From IMG/VR virus record IMGVR_UViG_3300021957_000019: a stretch of DNA of 20,000 nt; one strand, given 5' to 3'. The notes beneath the pieces were generated by a model. The model searched no databases. It was given only the letters and a program-made list of their open reading frames with translations, and was not told the origin of the DNA. Origin of the DNA: an uncultured virus (IMG/VR IMGVR_UViG_3300021957_000019). Its lineage: Duplodnaviria; Heunggongvirae; Uroviricota; Caudoviricetes. Below, one piece after another: positions 1 through 12,100 of this stretch (positions are counted from its first letter, which is position 1; each line of letters opens with the position of its first letter). Both the position numbers and the translations under genes were made by a program.

Positions 1-2
1 TA

Positions 3-230
3 GAAATGGCAGAACATGATATAGATACGTTGGCTATTGCTCTTTACGGTAATCAGACCAAGTCTATTGAAGATGGTGTCTACACATTATATGATAGTGA
101 CCTTAACATTTACAAACAATACAACTTATATGAAATTCGTGATGAGTTTAATAATCTATTATACGAGGTACGTCAAGACCGAGGTGGTAATATAGACTTT
201 AGTAAAAACTTTACAAACATCACAGGATAA
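3..230 (+). CDS. 3' end of a hypothetical protein, probably truncated by the left window edge
   Basis: The frame is open to the edge (GAA at 3-5 precedes the ATG at 6, with no in-frame stop), so ATG 6 may be internal. Stop TAA 228-230 overlaps the next ATG (TAATG), indicating translational coupling. Confidence 0.75.
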   Translation, partial: EMAEHDIDTLAIALYGNQTKSIEDGVYTLYDSDLNIYKQYNLYEIRDEFNNLLYEVRQDRGGNIDFSKNFTNITG

Positions 231-3181
231 TGGCCGACAATAAATATAGATACCCACCTGCTCCCCCTAATGCTAGGGGGACTTTTTCAGATGAACTTGT
301 AGGTTTTCAACTGATTGATGGTGGTGGTCTTACGCAAGGAAATTTTGAGTTTACCACTAACGTTGTTGAAAAGGTTAACAGAACTTTTGACACGGGAGTA
401 TTCTCTGCTCCGATATCCCTCAACGATTTAGATTTTAATAGTTTAGAAGAATCTAAACTTATTATGGCCAAAAATTTTAGAGTATATCCTAATTTTGATT
501 TATCTAAAGTAACTAATTTTTCACTTTATGGTTCAATAAGGAAAAGGTTTTCATCGTCTATTACTAAGGTAATAAATTATTTTCCTGCAGCAATTCAGGT
601 AGATAAAATTTATTACGGTTTAAATACGGGGTATACTGCGTATAACATAACTTATGACAATGTTGAAGGTCTAACAACTTTTGAATTAGACGTTACTACA
701 TTTAAGAATACTTTTGACATTGATTATTCTGAAAATGCGGACCGTAATATTTCTGTTCGTCCTTTGGAGGTTAGTCCATTAAGAAATTTAACAAGAAATT
801 TCTTAAAATACGCTCTATTCCTCGAAGATTTAGAAACTGAATATAAATTTGTTGATTTCGATGCTTCACCGAGGTTATCGGCGGGTACCGTAACTGTGGT
901 AGTCGAAGGAAACCCATTTAGCGGTGAAGTAAATTCAACAAAGAGTATTTTATTAAAACCAAATAAGTTTGAAACCGAGAAGGCTTTTAAAGATGCATTT
1001 GATGAAGTTGAAGACTTCTTATTAAACCGTTTGGTATCTCCTAAATATACTGCTGAATTTGAGTTTATGAGGGAGGGGGAAGACGGTAACTTCTATAAAA
1101 CCAGGCAAAAAGTAACTTGGCCATTAGATGGTTTTTGGAATTTAGATATTCGAACAGGAAAGTTTGAATCATATATGGAGAGGTTAAACATCATTGCAGA
1201 TGACATTGACGAGTTTAGGTCAAACTTAATCTCAAGATTTTTAACAACAGGGGCGTTTAAAGACTTCGATACTCAGGGTAAAAAAGTGGAGAAGGTATTA
1301 CAGTTATATGGTAGAAGTTTTGATGAAACTAAAAAGTTCATTGACGCATTGGCTTTTATGAATTCGGTTAACTATACAGTAAAAAACGATATACCTTCAC
1401 AACTGTTAAAAAATTTAGCACAGACATTAGGGTGGGATACTAACATATCTTTAATAACTAATGATGACTTCTTACAAAGTATATTCGGGACTAAAAATCA
1501 GTCGATATACCCTGGACAGACTAGAGATAAAACACCGACTGAATTAGACTATCAATACTACAGAAATTTAATATTAAATTCTGCATATCTATTCAAATCT
1601 AAGGGAACGAGAAGGTCAATAGAGGCATTGATGAGAATGATAGGTGCTCCTGAGGCGTTAATTGAGTTTAATGAGACCATATATTTGGCTGACGGACCAA
1701 TTAATGTAGATAGGTTCAATGAAGAATATGCGACAATAACAGGTGGTACCAAAACAACTGAAACCCCTGTATTAGACCCTAACGTAACTTTTAGTTTTGA
1801 GGGTGTACAGTACACAGGATTCACCACAGAATTATCAATAACTTCTGTAGATAGTACAAGAAGTGATTATCCTGTCGACGAGTACGGTTATCCGAAAGCT
1901 ATGACACCAACGGAGGACATATTCTTTGAGAAGGGTTCGGGGTGGTATGAACAAACACCCGAACATAGGGCACCCGTTAGAATAGATACCGATAATTCTG
2001 TTTTTACGGGACAAAACCCTGATGTACAAACCACGTTAGAACCTTTCACATACGGTGAAAAATATTTTAATAGGTTTAGACATTTCCCATATATGGATTT
2101 GGGTTTTGGTATCACTACTATAAAGGATAATAACAAATCTTGGACCGATAACGAAACAGGATTAAGAAGAAACACTCAAGCGGGTTATAACGCTTATTAT
2201 GTTGTCGATGATGAAAGATTGGTTTTAAATAGAAAAAATATTGACTTAGGGTTAAATATGGGTCAGGGTATTATATATGACATATGGGATATGTCAAAAA
2301 AATATGACTACCCTTTCCCATCTACAGGGTTGACTTCACCGTACCCTTATCCTGAAGGTACAGATTGGACAATTATTAATCCAAAGCCGAAAGAAAAAAC
2401 TTTCTTTGAATTTGCTCAGACGTTCTATCGTAATATGATAAACGTTAGAAATAGACAAACAATAACTGACGGTAAAGGAGGGGGATACCCGACACTACAA
2501 TCGGTTTATTGGAAATATATTCAGTCGGAAGAAAACGTAGGTATACCGTCAAATAAGTACACTTACCAAAAAATGATTGATTTCACAAATGGTATTGGTG
2601 ACTATTGGATGAAACTTATTGAACAGATGATTCCCGCATCTACCATTTGGATGGGGGGTCAAAAAATGGAAAATAATGTTTTACAAAGACAAAAAGTAGT
2701 ATGGAGAAGACAGAGAGGATGTGAGTTAGTACCAATTCCATGTATACCATGTACATTTACCGGTCAATTATTAGGAGCTGACTGTGTCACCCAAACACTT
2801 AACTGTGATATCGGATTAACTAACCCACAAACAACACTTATAAATAGTATTAACACCGCGGTTGCGGGTGAAGGTTATAATGTTAGTGATTGTACGTTAA
2901 ATACGTTGACAAGTATGTGGTATGTCGATATTAGATTAAGTGGTACTTTGTTAAGAAAAGACCTTTTTTATACGGGATATGGAGGTGGGGACTATCCTTC
3001 AAGTCAACAGTGGTTATCTTCGGTCGAAAGCTCATTAAGTACTTTATCTCAAGACGGATTAGACTATAGTATAAACGGTAGTGAGATAACTGTGTCAAAT
3101 ATTGGGTGTAATAACGATTTTACTAATAAAAATTTACAAATAAATGCGGGTGTCAACATAAGTATTAATTGTACAGCATGA
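230..3181 (+). CDS. Putative baseplate wedge / tail structural protein, 983 aa, with a P2 gpI-like segment
   Basis: Long ORF coupled to both neighbours. Segment ~1388-1645 ([17 protein letters not shown]...[30 protein letters not shown]) fits the LxxLAxxxG...RxxIxxxxxLxxxKGTxxxIxxLxxxxG pattern of P2 gpI (Tail_P2_I)/T4 gp7-like wedge proteins. The CDS itself is certain; the function is from motif recognition only. Confidence 0.7.
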   Translation: MADNKYRYPPAPPNARGTFSDELVGFQLIDGGGLTQGNFEFTTNVVEKVNRTFDTGVFSAPISLNDLDFNSLEESKLIMAKNFRVYPNFDLSKVTNFSLYGSIRKRFSSSITKVINYFPAAIQVDKIYYGLNTGYTAYNITYDNVEGLTTFELDVTTFKNTFDIDYSENADRNISVRPLEVSPLRNLTRNFLKYALFLEDLETEYKFVDFDASPRLSAGTVTVVVEGNPFSGEVNSTKSILLKPNKFETEKAFKDAFDEVEDFLLNRLVSPKYTAEFEFMREGEDGNFYKTRQKVTWPLDGFWNLDIRTGKFESYMERLNIIADDIDEFRSNLISRFLTTGAFKDFDTQGKKVEKVLQLYGRSFDETKKFIDALAFMNSVNYTVKNDIPSQLLKNLAQTLGWDTNISLITNDDFLQSIFGTKNQSIYPGQTRDKTPTELDYQYYRNLILNSAYLFKSKGTRRSIEALMRMIGAPEALIEFNETIYLADGPINVDRFNEEYATITGGTKTTETPVLDPNVTFSFEGVQYTGFTTELSITSVDSTRSDYPVDEYGYPKAMTPTEDIFFEKGSGWYEQTPEHRAPVRIDTDNSVFTGQNPDVQTTLEPFTYGEKYFNRFRHFPYMDLGFGITTIKDNNKSWTDNETGLRRNTQAGYNAYYVVDDERLVLNRKNIDLGLNMGQGIIYDIWDMSKKYDYPFPSTGLTSPYPYPEGTDWTIINPKPKEKTFFEFAQTFYRNMINVRNRQTITDGKGGGYPTLQSVYWKYIQSEENVGIPSNKYTYQKMIDFTNGIGDYWMKLIEQMIPASTIWMGGQKMENNVLQRQKVVWRRQRGCELVPIPCIPCTFTGQLLGADCVTQTLNCDIGLTNPQTTLINSINTAVAGEGYNVSDCTLNTLTSMWYVDIRLSGTLLRKDLFYTGYGGGDYPSSQQWLSSVESSLSTLSQDGLDYSINGSEITVSNIGCNNDFTNKNLQINAGVNISINCTA

Positions 3182-6100
3182 GTTTTACTAAATATATATT
3201 ACAGAGTTGTGACGGTAACCTTAAATATAGGGTCAACTTTACAGGTACAACAAATTTAAATGTTGGTGAGACATGGTCTGTGGAGTGCGGAGGTATTGAA
3301 AGTGGATGTTATTATATAGAACAAAACACGGATGAAGTTTTAGAAGAGTATAACTCAGACGAATGTACTTTTGTTGAGTTTGATGATTGTGAAGGATGTG
3401 AAGCAAGTATTGGTAATACAGTAGCGGCCGTAAACATTAATGAATATAGACAGTGTGATGACGACACTAGACCACCCTTAACTGACGGTAGTAACAATAT
3501 AATAGTTATTAAGTACCCAACAGGTAGTCCTTATTCGGGTCAAGATAGTATTTTATTTGAAGATGATTATGGTAATTTTCATTGTTTTAGCTATTTTGAT
3601 ACATATATAAACAACCCAACAGCAGGAGTTACTGGTGTTAGTGGATTTACTGATTGTGAATCATGTATAGCTACTTGTGATACTCAAGATATTGTAATAC
3701 TTTTAGATGAATCAGGTAGTGTGACCTCATCTAATTTCACATCAATGAAAAATGGGGTTGTGGAGATTGCTAATCAGTTAGAATCTCAAATGGACTTAGG
3801 ATTAATACAGTTAAGTGCGTATAAGTGGAGTGATTGTGGAGGTGTCGACCTAATAAGTGATTTAACTACTAGTCACACAAGTTTTGTAAATGCAGTTAAC
3901 GGAGCAGGTTACGGTGGAGGAGGTACTTACGCTACAACAGCCCTCAACACGGCTTATTCACAGTTAGAGGGTTCGAATGCAAACCCAAATTCAAATAAAA
4001 CAATTATATTAATTACTGACGGAGGTTTAGCCGATTATAACAATACAGGTTGTAGTGGTATAAGTGCCACACAAATGGCCTCACAAATGAAATTAGGTTT
4101 TTATGGGACATTAGACTCTATTAAAATTATCGCCGTAAATATAAGCTCAGGTAGTCCAGGTCAGTTAATTAACATTGCTTCGGGTTCAGAAAATTATTTC
4201 TCAGCTGCCACATTTAATGATTGGGAAACTACAGTGGCTCAAGAAGTGGCAGATGTTGGATGTGATGAAAATCCATTTTACGGAGAGTCATTTGATTTTT
4301 ATAAGGCAGAACATTGTTGTGACTTTAATGGTGATAATTTCTTACCTGATGTATATGTGGCAATACCTGATTCATATACATATAGTTCAGATGACGGATT
4401 CTATTTAGACGAAAATTGCTACAGTTTATTTAATCCACCTAATAATTTGTATAGTGGAGGAACAACGGCAGTAATTGAGGTTGGTGATATCATAAGTAAT
4501 GTATGTGCGAGTTGTAATTGTAATAATTATAAAGTTGGTATATTTAGGTCTTGCTGTTTTTACTCAAATGGCACTCCGACAACTGAAATACCTGATATAT
4601 ATTTAGGTATTGATTTAAGCGATGGATGGATTCCTGGACCTAATGACAATGCTATAGAATACAGCGGAAATTGTTATACACTTATTGGATATTCTACCAC
4701 AGAATCCCCAATAGATTTTGTAAGTACCTTTGAATCTTCATGTGACAAAATAAGACCATACTGTCCTCAATGTCCTGACCCAAGCCCTACTCCGACAGTT
4801 ACGTCTTCATTAACACCGACAGTAACACCGACTGTCACAATTACACCCACTAACACACAAACACCAACACCTACGGTTAGTACAACTCCGACACCAACAC
4901 CAACCACATCCGCATCACTATTTACAGCCCAAAAATTCTCGGCGTGTACACCGTCAGAATCAACAGATATTGTCCCGTATTTGCATGGAATAACCGCATA
5001 CACTTATAGTAGTGTTGAATATACAGTTCCACTAGTTATTAATAATGTTTGTGATTTAAGCCCTATGATGAACTCATCATTTGAAATTACAAAAAATGAT
5101 ATATATGTAGCGGCTTATTACCATTTTAATAGTTCAAGCTGTGACGCTCCGTTTATTGATATAAATGGAGATGGGTGTATCACGACTGCGGATATAACAT
5201 ACTATATTGCTAATGGTTATGTAGGAAATACCGACGTTGTTTATACGCTTTCGAGTGAGAGTTCATGTCAGTTACCTAATGTAGTTTATGGTACAGGATT
5301 AACAGCTACGTGTACTGGAATTGTTGCAGATACTGGATGTACTTGGAATTTAGAAATTGCGGATAGAACACAACATTGTATGACCTATTTGGGTGAAGTT
5401 GAAACCACGGAACCAATCTATGTTGAGAGTCTTATTACAGAATATTCAGATTGTAATACGTGTTTAGGTTTCTGTAATCCACAAGATATAGTTGTCTTGA
5501 TGGACCAATCAGGAAGTGTTGGTTCCGCGAATTGGCAAGATATGCAAGACGGAGTTATTGCGATTGCTAACGATTTAGAAGATAGAATGAATCTTGGTGA
5601 AGTGAGAATGGCTGCGATAAGGTGGTCTAACTGTGGTAGTACGACAGAAGTAATTGGTCTTACAAATAACCACACAGACTTTACTAACGCAGTTGACACA
5701 GCACCATTTAACGGAGGAGGAACATACGCGTCACAAGCTTTATCAGACGCTTATGATTTATTAGATGTCGATAATTTAAATGCGGAAAAAAGTATAATAT
5801 TAATTACTGATGGAGGAATCTCAGATTTTACTAATCAGTTATGTGGATTACCGTCAACCTCACAACTAGCCAATCAGATGAAAGCAGGGACCTACGACAG
5901 TGGAGTCTCAATAAAAATATATACTGTAAACATAACTAATGGTAATAACTTACAGTTAAATTCACTTTCTTCAGGACCTAATTTTCAATTCAGTGCTACC
6001 GATTTTGATGATTTTGTAAATAATGTGTCAGGTCAGATTGCCGATAACTCTTGTGAGGAAAATCCATTTACTGGTAGTTCATATAATTGGTATGAGTCTA

Positions 6101-9100
6101 CACCTTGTTGTACTACATTTGGATTACCCGATATAGTTGTCGCGTTAGAAACGGGGACAACACCAACGTTAACTACAGATGGGTTTGTTTACAATGGAAA
6201 TTGTTATACATTTAACAGTTTAACAGGAGACACGTTTAGCGGTTCTTCGGTATATACCGTACTACCTACAGATATAATTACTAATGCGTGTAGCGACTCA
6301 ATATGTAGTTGTTCTAATTTAGAAAAAATATTCTTACGAAATTGTTGTGACGTAACAGATAAAATACAAGTACTTTATTCTGGAGGTACACCTACTGAAG
6401 GTCAGGGATTAGGATACGACGATAAATGTTACACATATAAAGGTGATACCAGCGGAGTTGATGTAGGAATAACTACTGATACACTCATAGATGACATTTG
6501 TTTATCAGGTTTTTGTGACTGTACAGTTTCGGGATGTGGACTACAAGATATAGTAGTACTTGTTGACCAATCAGGAAGTATTGTTAGTGATTTTGATGAC
6601 ATTAAAACAGGTGTTGTAAATATTGCAAACTCTTTGGAGGGTAATATGGATAGTGGTGAGGTTAAGATTGGTATTATTAAGTGGTCTAGTTGCGGTAATG
6701 TTGATGAGGTGATAGACTTAACAGATAATCATACTAATTTTGTTAATGCCGCTAATAATATGTCACCTGACGGTGGGGGAACACAAGTAAGTAATGCGTT
6801 AGAACAGGCGTATAATATGTTAAACGGTGGTAATTCTACTTTAGGTGCTGAAAAAAACATTTTATTAATTACTGATGGACAAATTTCTGACGTTACTGTT
6901 CCGTGTTCATTAGCTTCATTAAGTGCTTCACAACTAACATCACAAATGACGTTAGGTTTATTTAGTAATGGTGTTCAGGTTAAAATACAAACTATAGGTG
7001 TTGGTAGTGGTATTAATGTAGGTCAACTTGAGACATTAGCCTCTTCTCCTGATTTAGCATATACCGCAGATTTTGACACATTTGCCTCCGATATATCAAA
7101 TCAGATTGCGTTAACTTCTTGTGATGAAAATCCTGTTGGAGATAATCCTGATTTAGTTTATTGGAATGCTTCGGGTTGTTGTGAAAATTTAAATCTACCT
7201 GATATAGTGGTTTCAGTTTCTGCGGACACTACAGTATTAGATAGTTATTCATTTGTGTTTAACTCGGTTTGTTATACATTCACATCTTTAGCGGGTGACT
7301 CTGAAAGTGGGAGTACTGTAGACTTTATTTACGAAACTAATATATACACAGATGGATGTGCAAATCCAAGATGTGGGGATTGTAATACTGATTATAAATT
7401 ATATGAGTTAGAAAATTGTTGTGATGAGACAGACACTATAGTTATTGTTTACTCAGGAGGTACAACGACATTGGGTTATGGTTTAGAGTACGACGAAAAG
7501 TGTTATAACTACAAAGGAAATGTAGGTACAGGTACTCCAGTATTAAATACAGATACACTATTACCAAATATTTGTATCAACGGTCCAACATCAGGATTTT
7601 GTCAGACATGTGGGACGCCAACACCAACACCAACTAATTCAGTTACACCTACTATAACACCAAGTAATACAGTTACACCTACTATAACACCAACAAACAC
7701 TCCTACGCCTACACCAACATTAAGTACTGTCGCTTGTAATTCAGGTACCTCAGATTTTATTGGTGGTTGGTTAAAAGAGTCGTGGGATGGGACGGCAACT
7801 AATGAATATTTCCAAACAAGGTTAATACAAGTACTTCCACCAGATTTACCTGACCCAGGTAACCTAAATGCTCCCATTAACTTTGATAAAATCATAATTG
7901 ATAGGTATAGTCAAGGGAATGTCGACCAAGAAACTGAATTAATTGCTTTAGATGGTGGTAATTCAGGTATAATCACTTTAGATTATTTTGACGGTTCACT
8001 TATTTATTATCCTATTTTGGGTATAACGTATAATACACTACAAGAACAACTTGAAGTAGATTTAGGACCACTAATAAACACACAATTAACCTCATACGTG
8101 AATGGGGTTTCATACGGGATATGTATTAGAAGTAGTACTACAAGTAACACTCCAACCCCAACTATAACACCAACAGTAACACCTACAATAACAGTATCAC
8201 CGTCTATTACACCGTCTATTACTACAACACCGGCACAAACTCTAACACCTACACCTTCAGTAACACCTTCAGAAGTTACAACTGAGGTATGGGAAGCAGC
8301 TGCATGTTGTGATAGGTCAGATACATTATTGGTTGAAGTGCCAGTACCAGAAACTAAAGTATTTGTTTTCTATGACGGAACTTCATTAGATGAGGCAAGT
8401 GCGACACAAGCTTCTGATAGTATAAGAGAATGGTACGATGAGAAGGTTTCAGACGGTGACCTATCAGGGGGCAATTTATATGAAGGTGTTGTAGGTGCAG
8501 TTTCAAATAACGGAGAAAATTGGTTATGGTGGTCTTCATACCCATATTTGGGTTCAATGACAGGAGGTACATTGTCAACGAGCGAACAGATAAATGAGTT
8601 TGGTTCGGACTCTTCTGATGTGGTGGAGTTTTCAATAGCTGATAGTGGTTGGTGTCAAAATAGTTCTGGAGAATGTAGACCTAAATCTACTGAGTTTAAT
8701 GATAGTAACACTACCTATAGAAGAATTAACAGAGGACAAAATATTGCCACAGGTATAAATGATACCCGTACTAACGGAGTACCATTTGACCATAATACGG
8801 AATTAAATAATACCGCAAATTCAGGTCCTGGTACTTTTAATGGTGGTATAAGTGACTATATTGTAATTTTAGTTGCAGATGAGGCGGACGGGGCAGTAGG
8901 TCTATATCATCCTAGAATACAAAAATCTAATTTAACTGTAGATGGTTTTAGTTTATATTCTTCAGTTAGTGAACCACAATATTGGGAGCCGTCAGCAGGA
9001 AATCAACCATCGACCAGATTCGAGGCAGACTATGAGGCTTACCTAAAAGTATGGAGAGATATACAATTAATTGGAGGTAGAGTTAATGGTTTGGTTTATC

Positions 9101-12100
9101 CTGTAATTGATTCAAACACTGCTAGAATTCCATTCCCATTACACTGTTTAGGTGCGGTAGAAGGTGAAACAATTTCGGGAACAGAGTTTCAAACTAAATA
9201 TGGTGAATCAATCACCTCAGTAGGTCCCGAAAATATAAACTGCAGTTTAATAACAACTAATAACCCGTACTCGACACTCACTAATACCTCGTCATACCAA
9301 AATCTACCGATACAATACCAAAACGGTGCGGGTCTTAAGAATTTTGGAATTCAGGTTGACCCTACAGTTTATAGTTTTACTTCAGGTGTTGTAGGAGATA
9401 GTTTAGATGAATTCTTAGATAGTACTGATTTATCTAATGGGTATGGATTTAATAATGGTGGGACATGTTATTACTTTACTCAAGAAACGTTAGGTACTCC
9501 CCAATTAATTTTAAAATGGAGTCAGATACTTCCTGATTATTGTAATGATGTGTCGTGTATATGTGCATCAACGACTCCATCGGTAACTCCGACAAATACC
9601 CCAACACCGACACCCTCGGCGTCTAATTTACCTGGATGTGTTTCAGGTCAAACAAACGGTGATTATACTTTTGTTGATTGTTGTGGAGTAACACAAAGAG
9701 GTTCTTCACTTGGTGTCACGTTCTGTGTTGATACTTCAGCGTATTATTCAGGAATAACATTGACTTATAATGAATGTGTACCTAGTTGTGACGAAGGTCC
9801 GTTAGAAATAGTATTCTCAGCGACACCTGACTGTGGTAGTTTAGGGTCTATTTTCATAGACGTTCAGGGGGGTACAAAACCATACCTAATACAGAACACT
9901 TCACCGGGTACAGTACCTGATACGTCAGGTAACGGTCCGTTTACGTTTAATAACTTAGTTGCAGGTACTTACGTATTTAATGTAAGTGACTCTACAATAC
10001 CGAACAGTAGATTAACAACACTACAAATCATAATTCCTGATTGTTTTGATGTTGAAATAGAAGCCTTAGATGTTCCATGTAACGATACGACTGGTTCAAT
10101 CATAATCAGTGGAGATAGTAACAACTATCCTTATACGATTCTTTTGTATCAGAACAGTATTCTTTTCCAAACTGTAACAACAGACATCAACCCATATTCA
10201 TTCGACAGTGGTATTATACCATCTAGTTATTATGCGGTGGTTACTGACGGTACAGGTCAAGAAATTACTACATCTACAGTAAACGTAAGTCAATCTAATA
10301 ATGTTGACTTCGGAGTTTCAATAACAGGTGCTAGTCCATGTAATTACTTTAATAATGGGTACGGTGAAGTCACAGGATTAACAGGTACTCCACCATATAC
10401 ATTCCAATGGTCTAATGGTGGAACAACACAAATAGTAGATAATTTACCACCTGGAAATGGTAGTGTAATTGTTACAGACAGTAATGGATGTACAAAACTT
10501 GAAAACTTTGTTGTAGGTAATTTAAGTTCATTAGGTGTTTCTTCAGTTACAGGTACACAACCTGACTGTTTTAATTGTAATGGTTCATTAACATTTACTA
10601 TTACAGGTGGAACCCCACCTTATAGTTTCTCAGCGAGTACTGGTGAGTTACAGTCGGGTGGAGAAACATTTACCCTAAACAACTTATGTGCAGGTGCACA
10701 TACAATATACGTTCAAGATTCGGGTGAGTGTGATTTAACATACTCGTCCACACTAACATCTACCGCTGGTTTTTCTGTGGTCTCAGTTTTATCTCAAAAT
10801 TCTGACTGTGGTGAAAATGGTGAAATTACAATAAACATTGAAGGTGTTACAGGTATTGTAACGTATTCTATTACGGGTAATACAGGATATAGTGAAAGTG
10901 CTAGTAGTTCATCACAAACACACACCTTCAATAATTTAGCCTCAGACACGTACACCATAGAGGTGACATCGAATAGTGGTTGTAAATATACCACAACTAA
11001 AACAATTGAGAATGAGAATAAATTCACTATTGATGTTTCACAAATTACAGGTACAACATGTGGTACAAATAATGGTGAAGTAAATATAGTTGTTAGTAGT
11101 GGAAGTACCTCAATACAGTACCCTCTAAGTTATAATGTCAAAAGAATAAGTGATGGGTTTACCATCTATAATAATATTAATTCTAATAGTGACACATTAA
11201 ACTTAACAGGTTTAAATAGTGGTTCATATGAGGTTTCTGTAACAGACAATAACGGTTGTGTTAACTTAAACTATTTTACTATTTCCGAAAGTACTGGTGG
11301 GGTACAAGCAATACTTTATAGTACAAATTGTGTGTCGGGTGATGATGGCACTGCGACATTAGAAATAGTTGAGGGTAGTGCACCATTCACAATAATATGG
11401 TCCAACGGAGTTACCAACCAAAATTACCTTTCTGGTTTATCGGGAGGTACGTATAGTGTTACTGTAGTTGATAGTGATGGTTGTACCATTCAAAAGCAAA
11501 CAACAGTTGTTTGTGATAGTGAAGATGTTGAGGATTACGTAATTAATACTCTATGTGAACAAGATTTTACTACCTCATCTCAAGGTAAGAGAGGTTTTTA
11601 TGAAATGCTTAATGAGGCATTCTTAGATTTAAATCAACCTGGAAATGGATGTGAATTAACCCAAGCGACATTTACAGGTGTATTGACAATATCAGGTGGA
11701 AGTTATGGAATTGGACAGACATTAGAAAATGAATTCTACACAGGTTATACACTAAATGATGTTCCATCAGATAATGAATGGGAAAGTGTGGTAAATGGGT
11801 TATTAAGTCAGTTTAGTGGGATTACGTATACTACAGATATATTAAATAATGTATTTACTATTGCTGGTGATTGCGAAGGAGATGTTGACCCAACTAGTGG
11901 GGCGTTTGTCGACTTAAGAATAGAAATAGATTTACAGGTTACGTGTAATGGTAGGGCATCAACACCTACACCCACACCCACACCTACAAGTACGCCTGTT
12001 TCACAAACACCTACACCTACACAAACACAGACACCATCTATAACACCAACAATTACGGTAACACCTACAAATACTGTAACACCTACACCTACGCAAACAC

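Noticed and set aside
3169..3177. TTG start given in the ORF track for the giant gene
   Set aside because: ATG 3178 forms a classic ATGA stop/start overlap, matching the coupling seen elsewhere in the operon.
8350..9420. Insert as an intein or other self-splicing element
   Set aside because: No N-terminal C/S with intein block A, no C-terminal HN-[C/S/T], and no LAGLIDADG/HNH motif. It looks VWA-like instead.
1558..11027. Short ORFs of 61-97 aa nested within the two large genes
   Set aside because: Entirely overlapped by long motif-bearing + strand CDSs, with no recognisable motifs; expected by chance.
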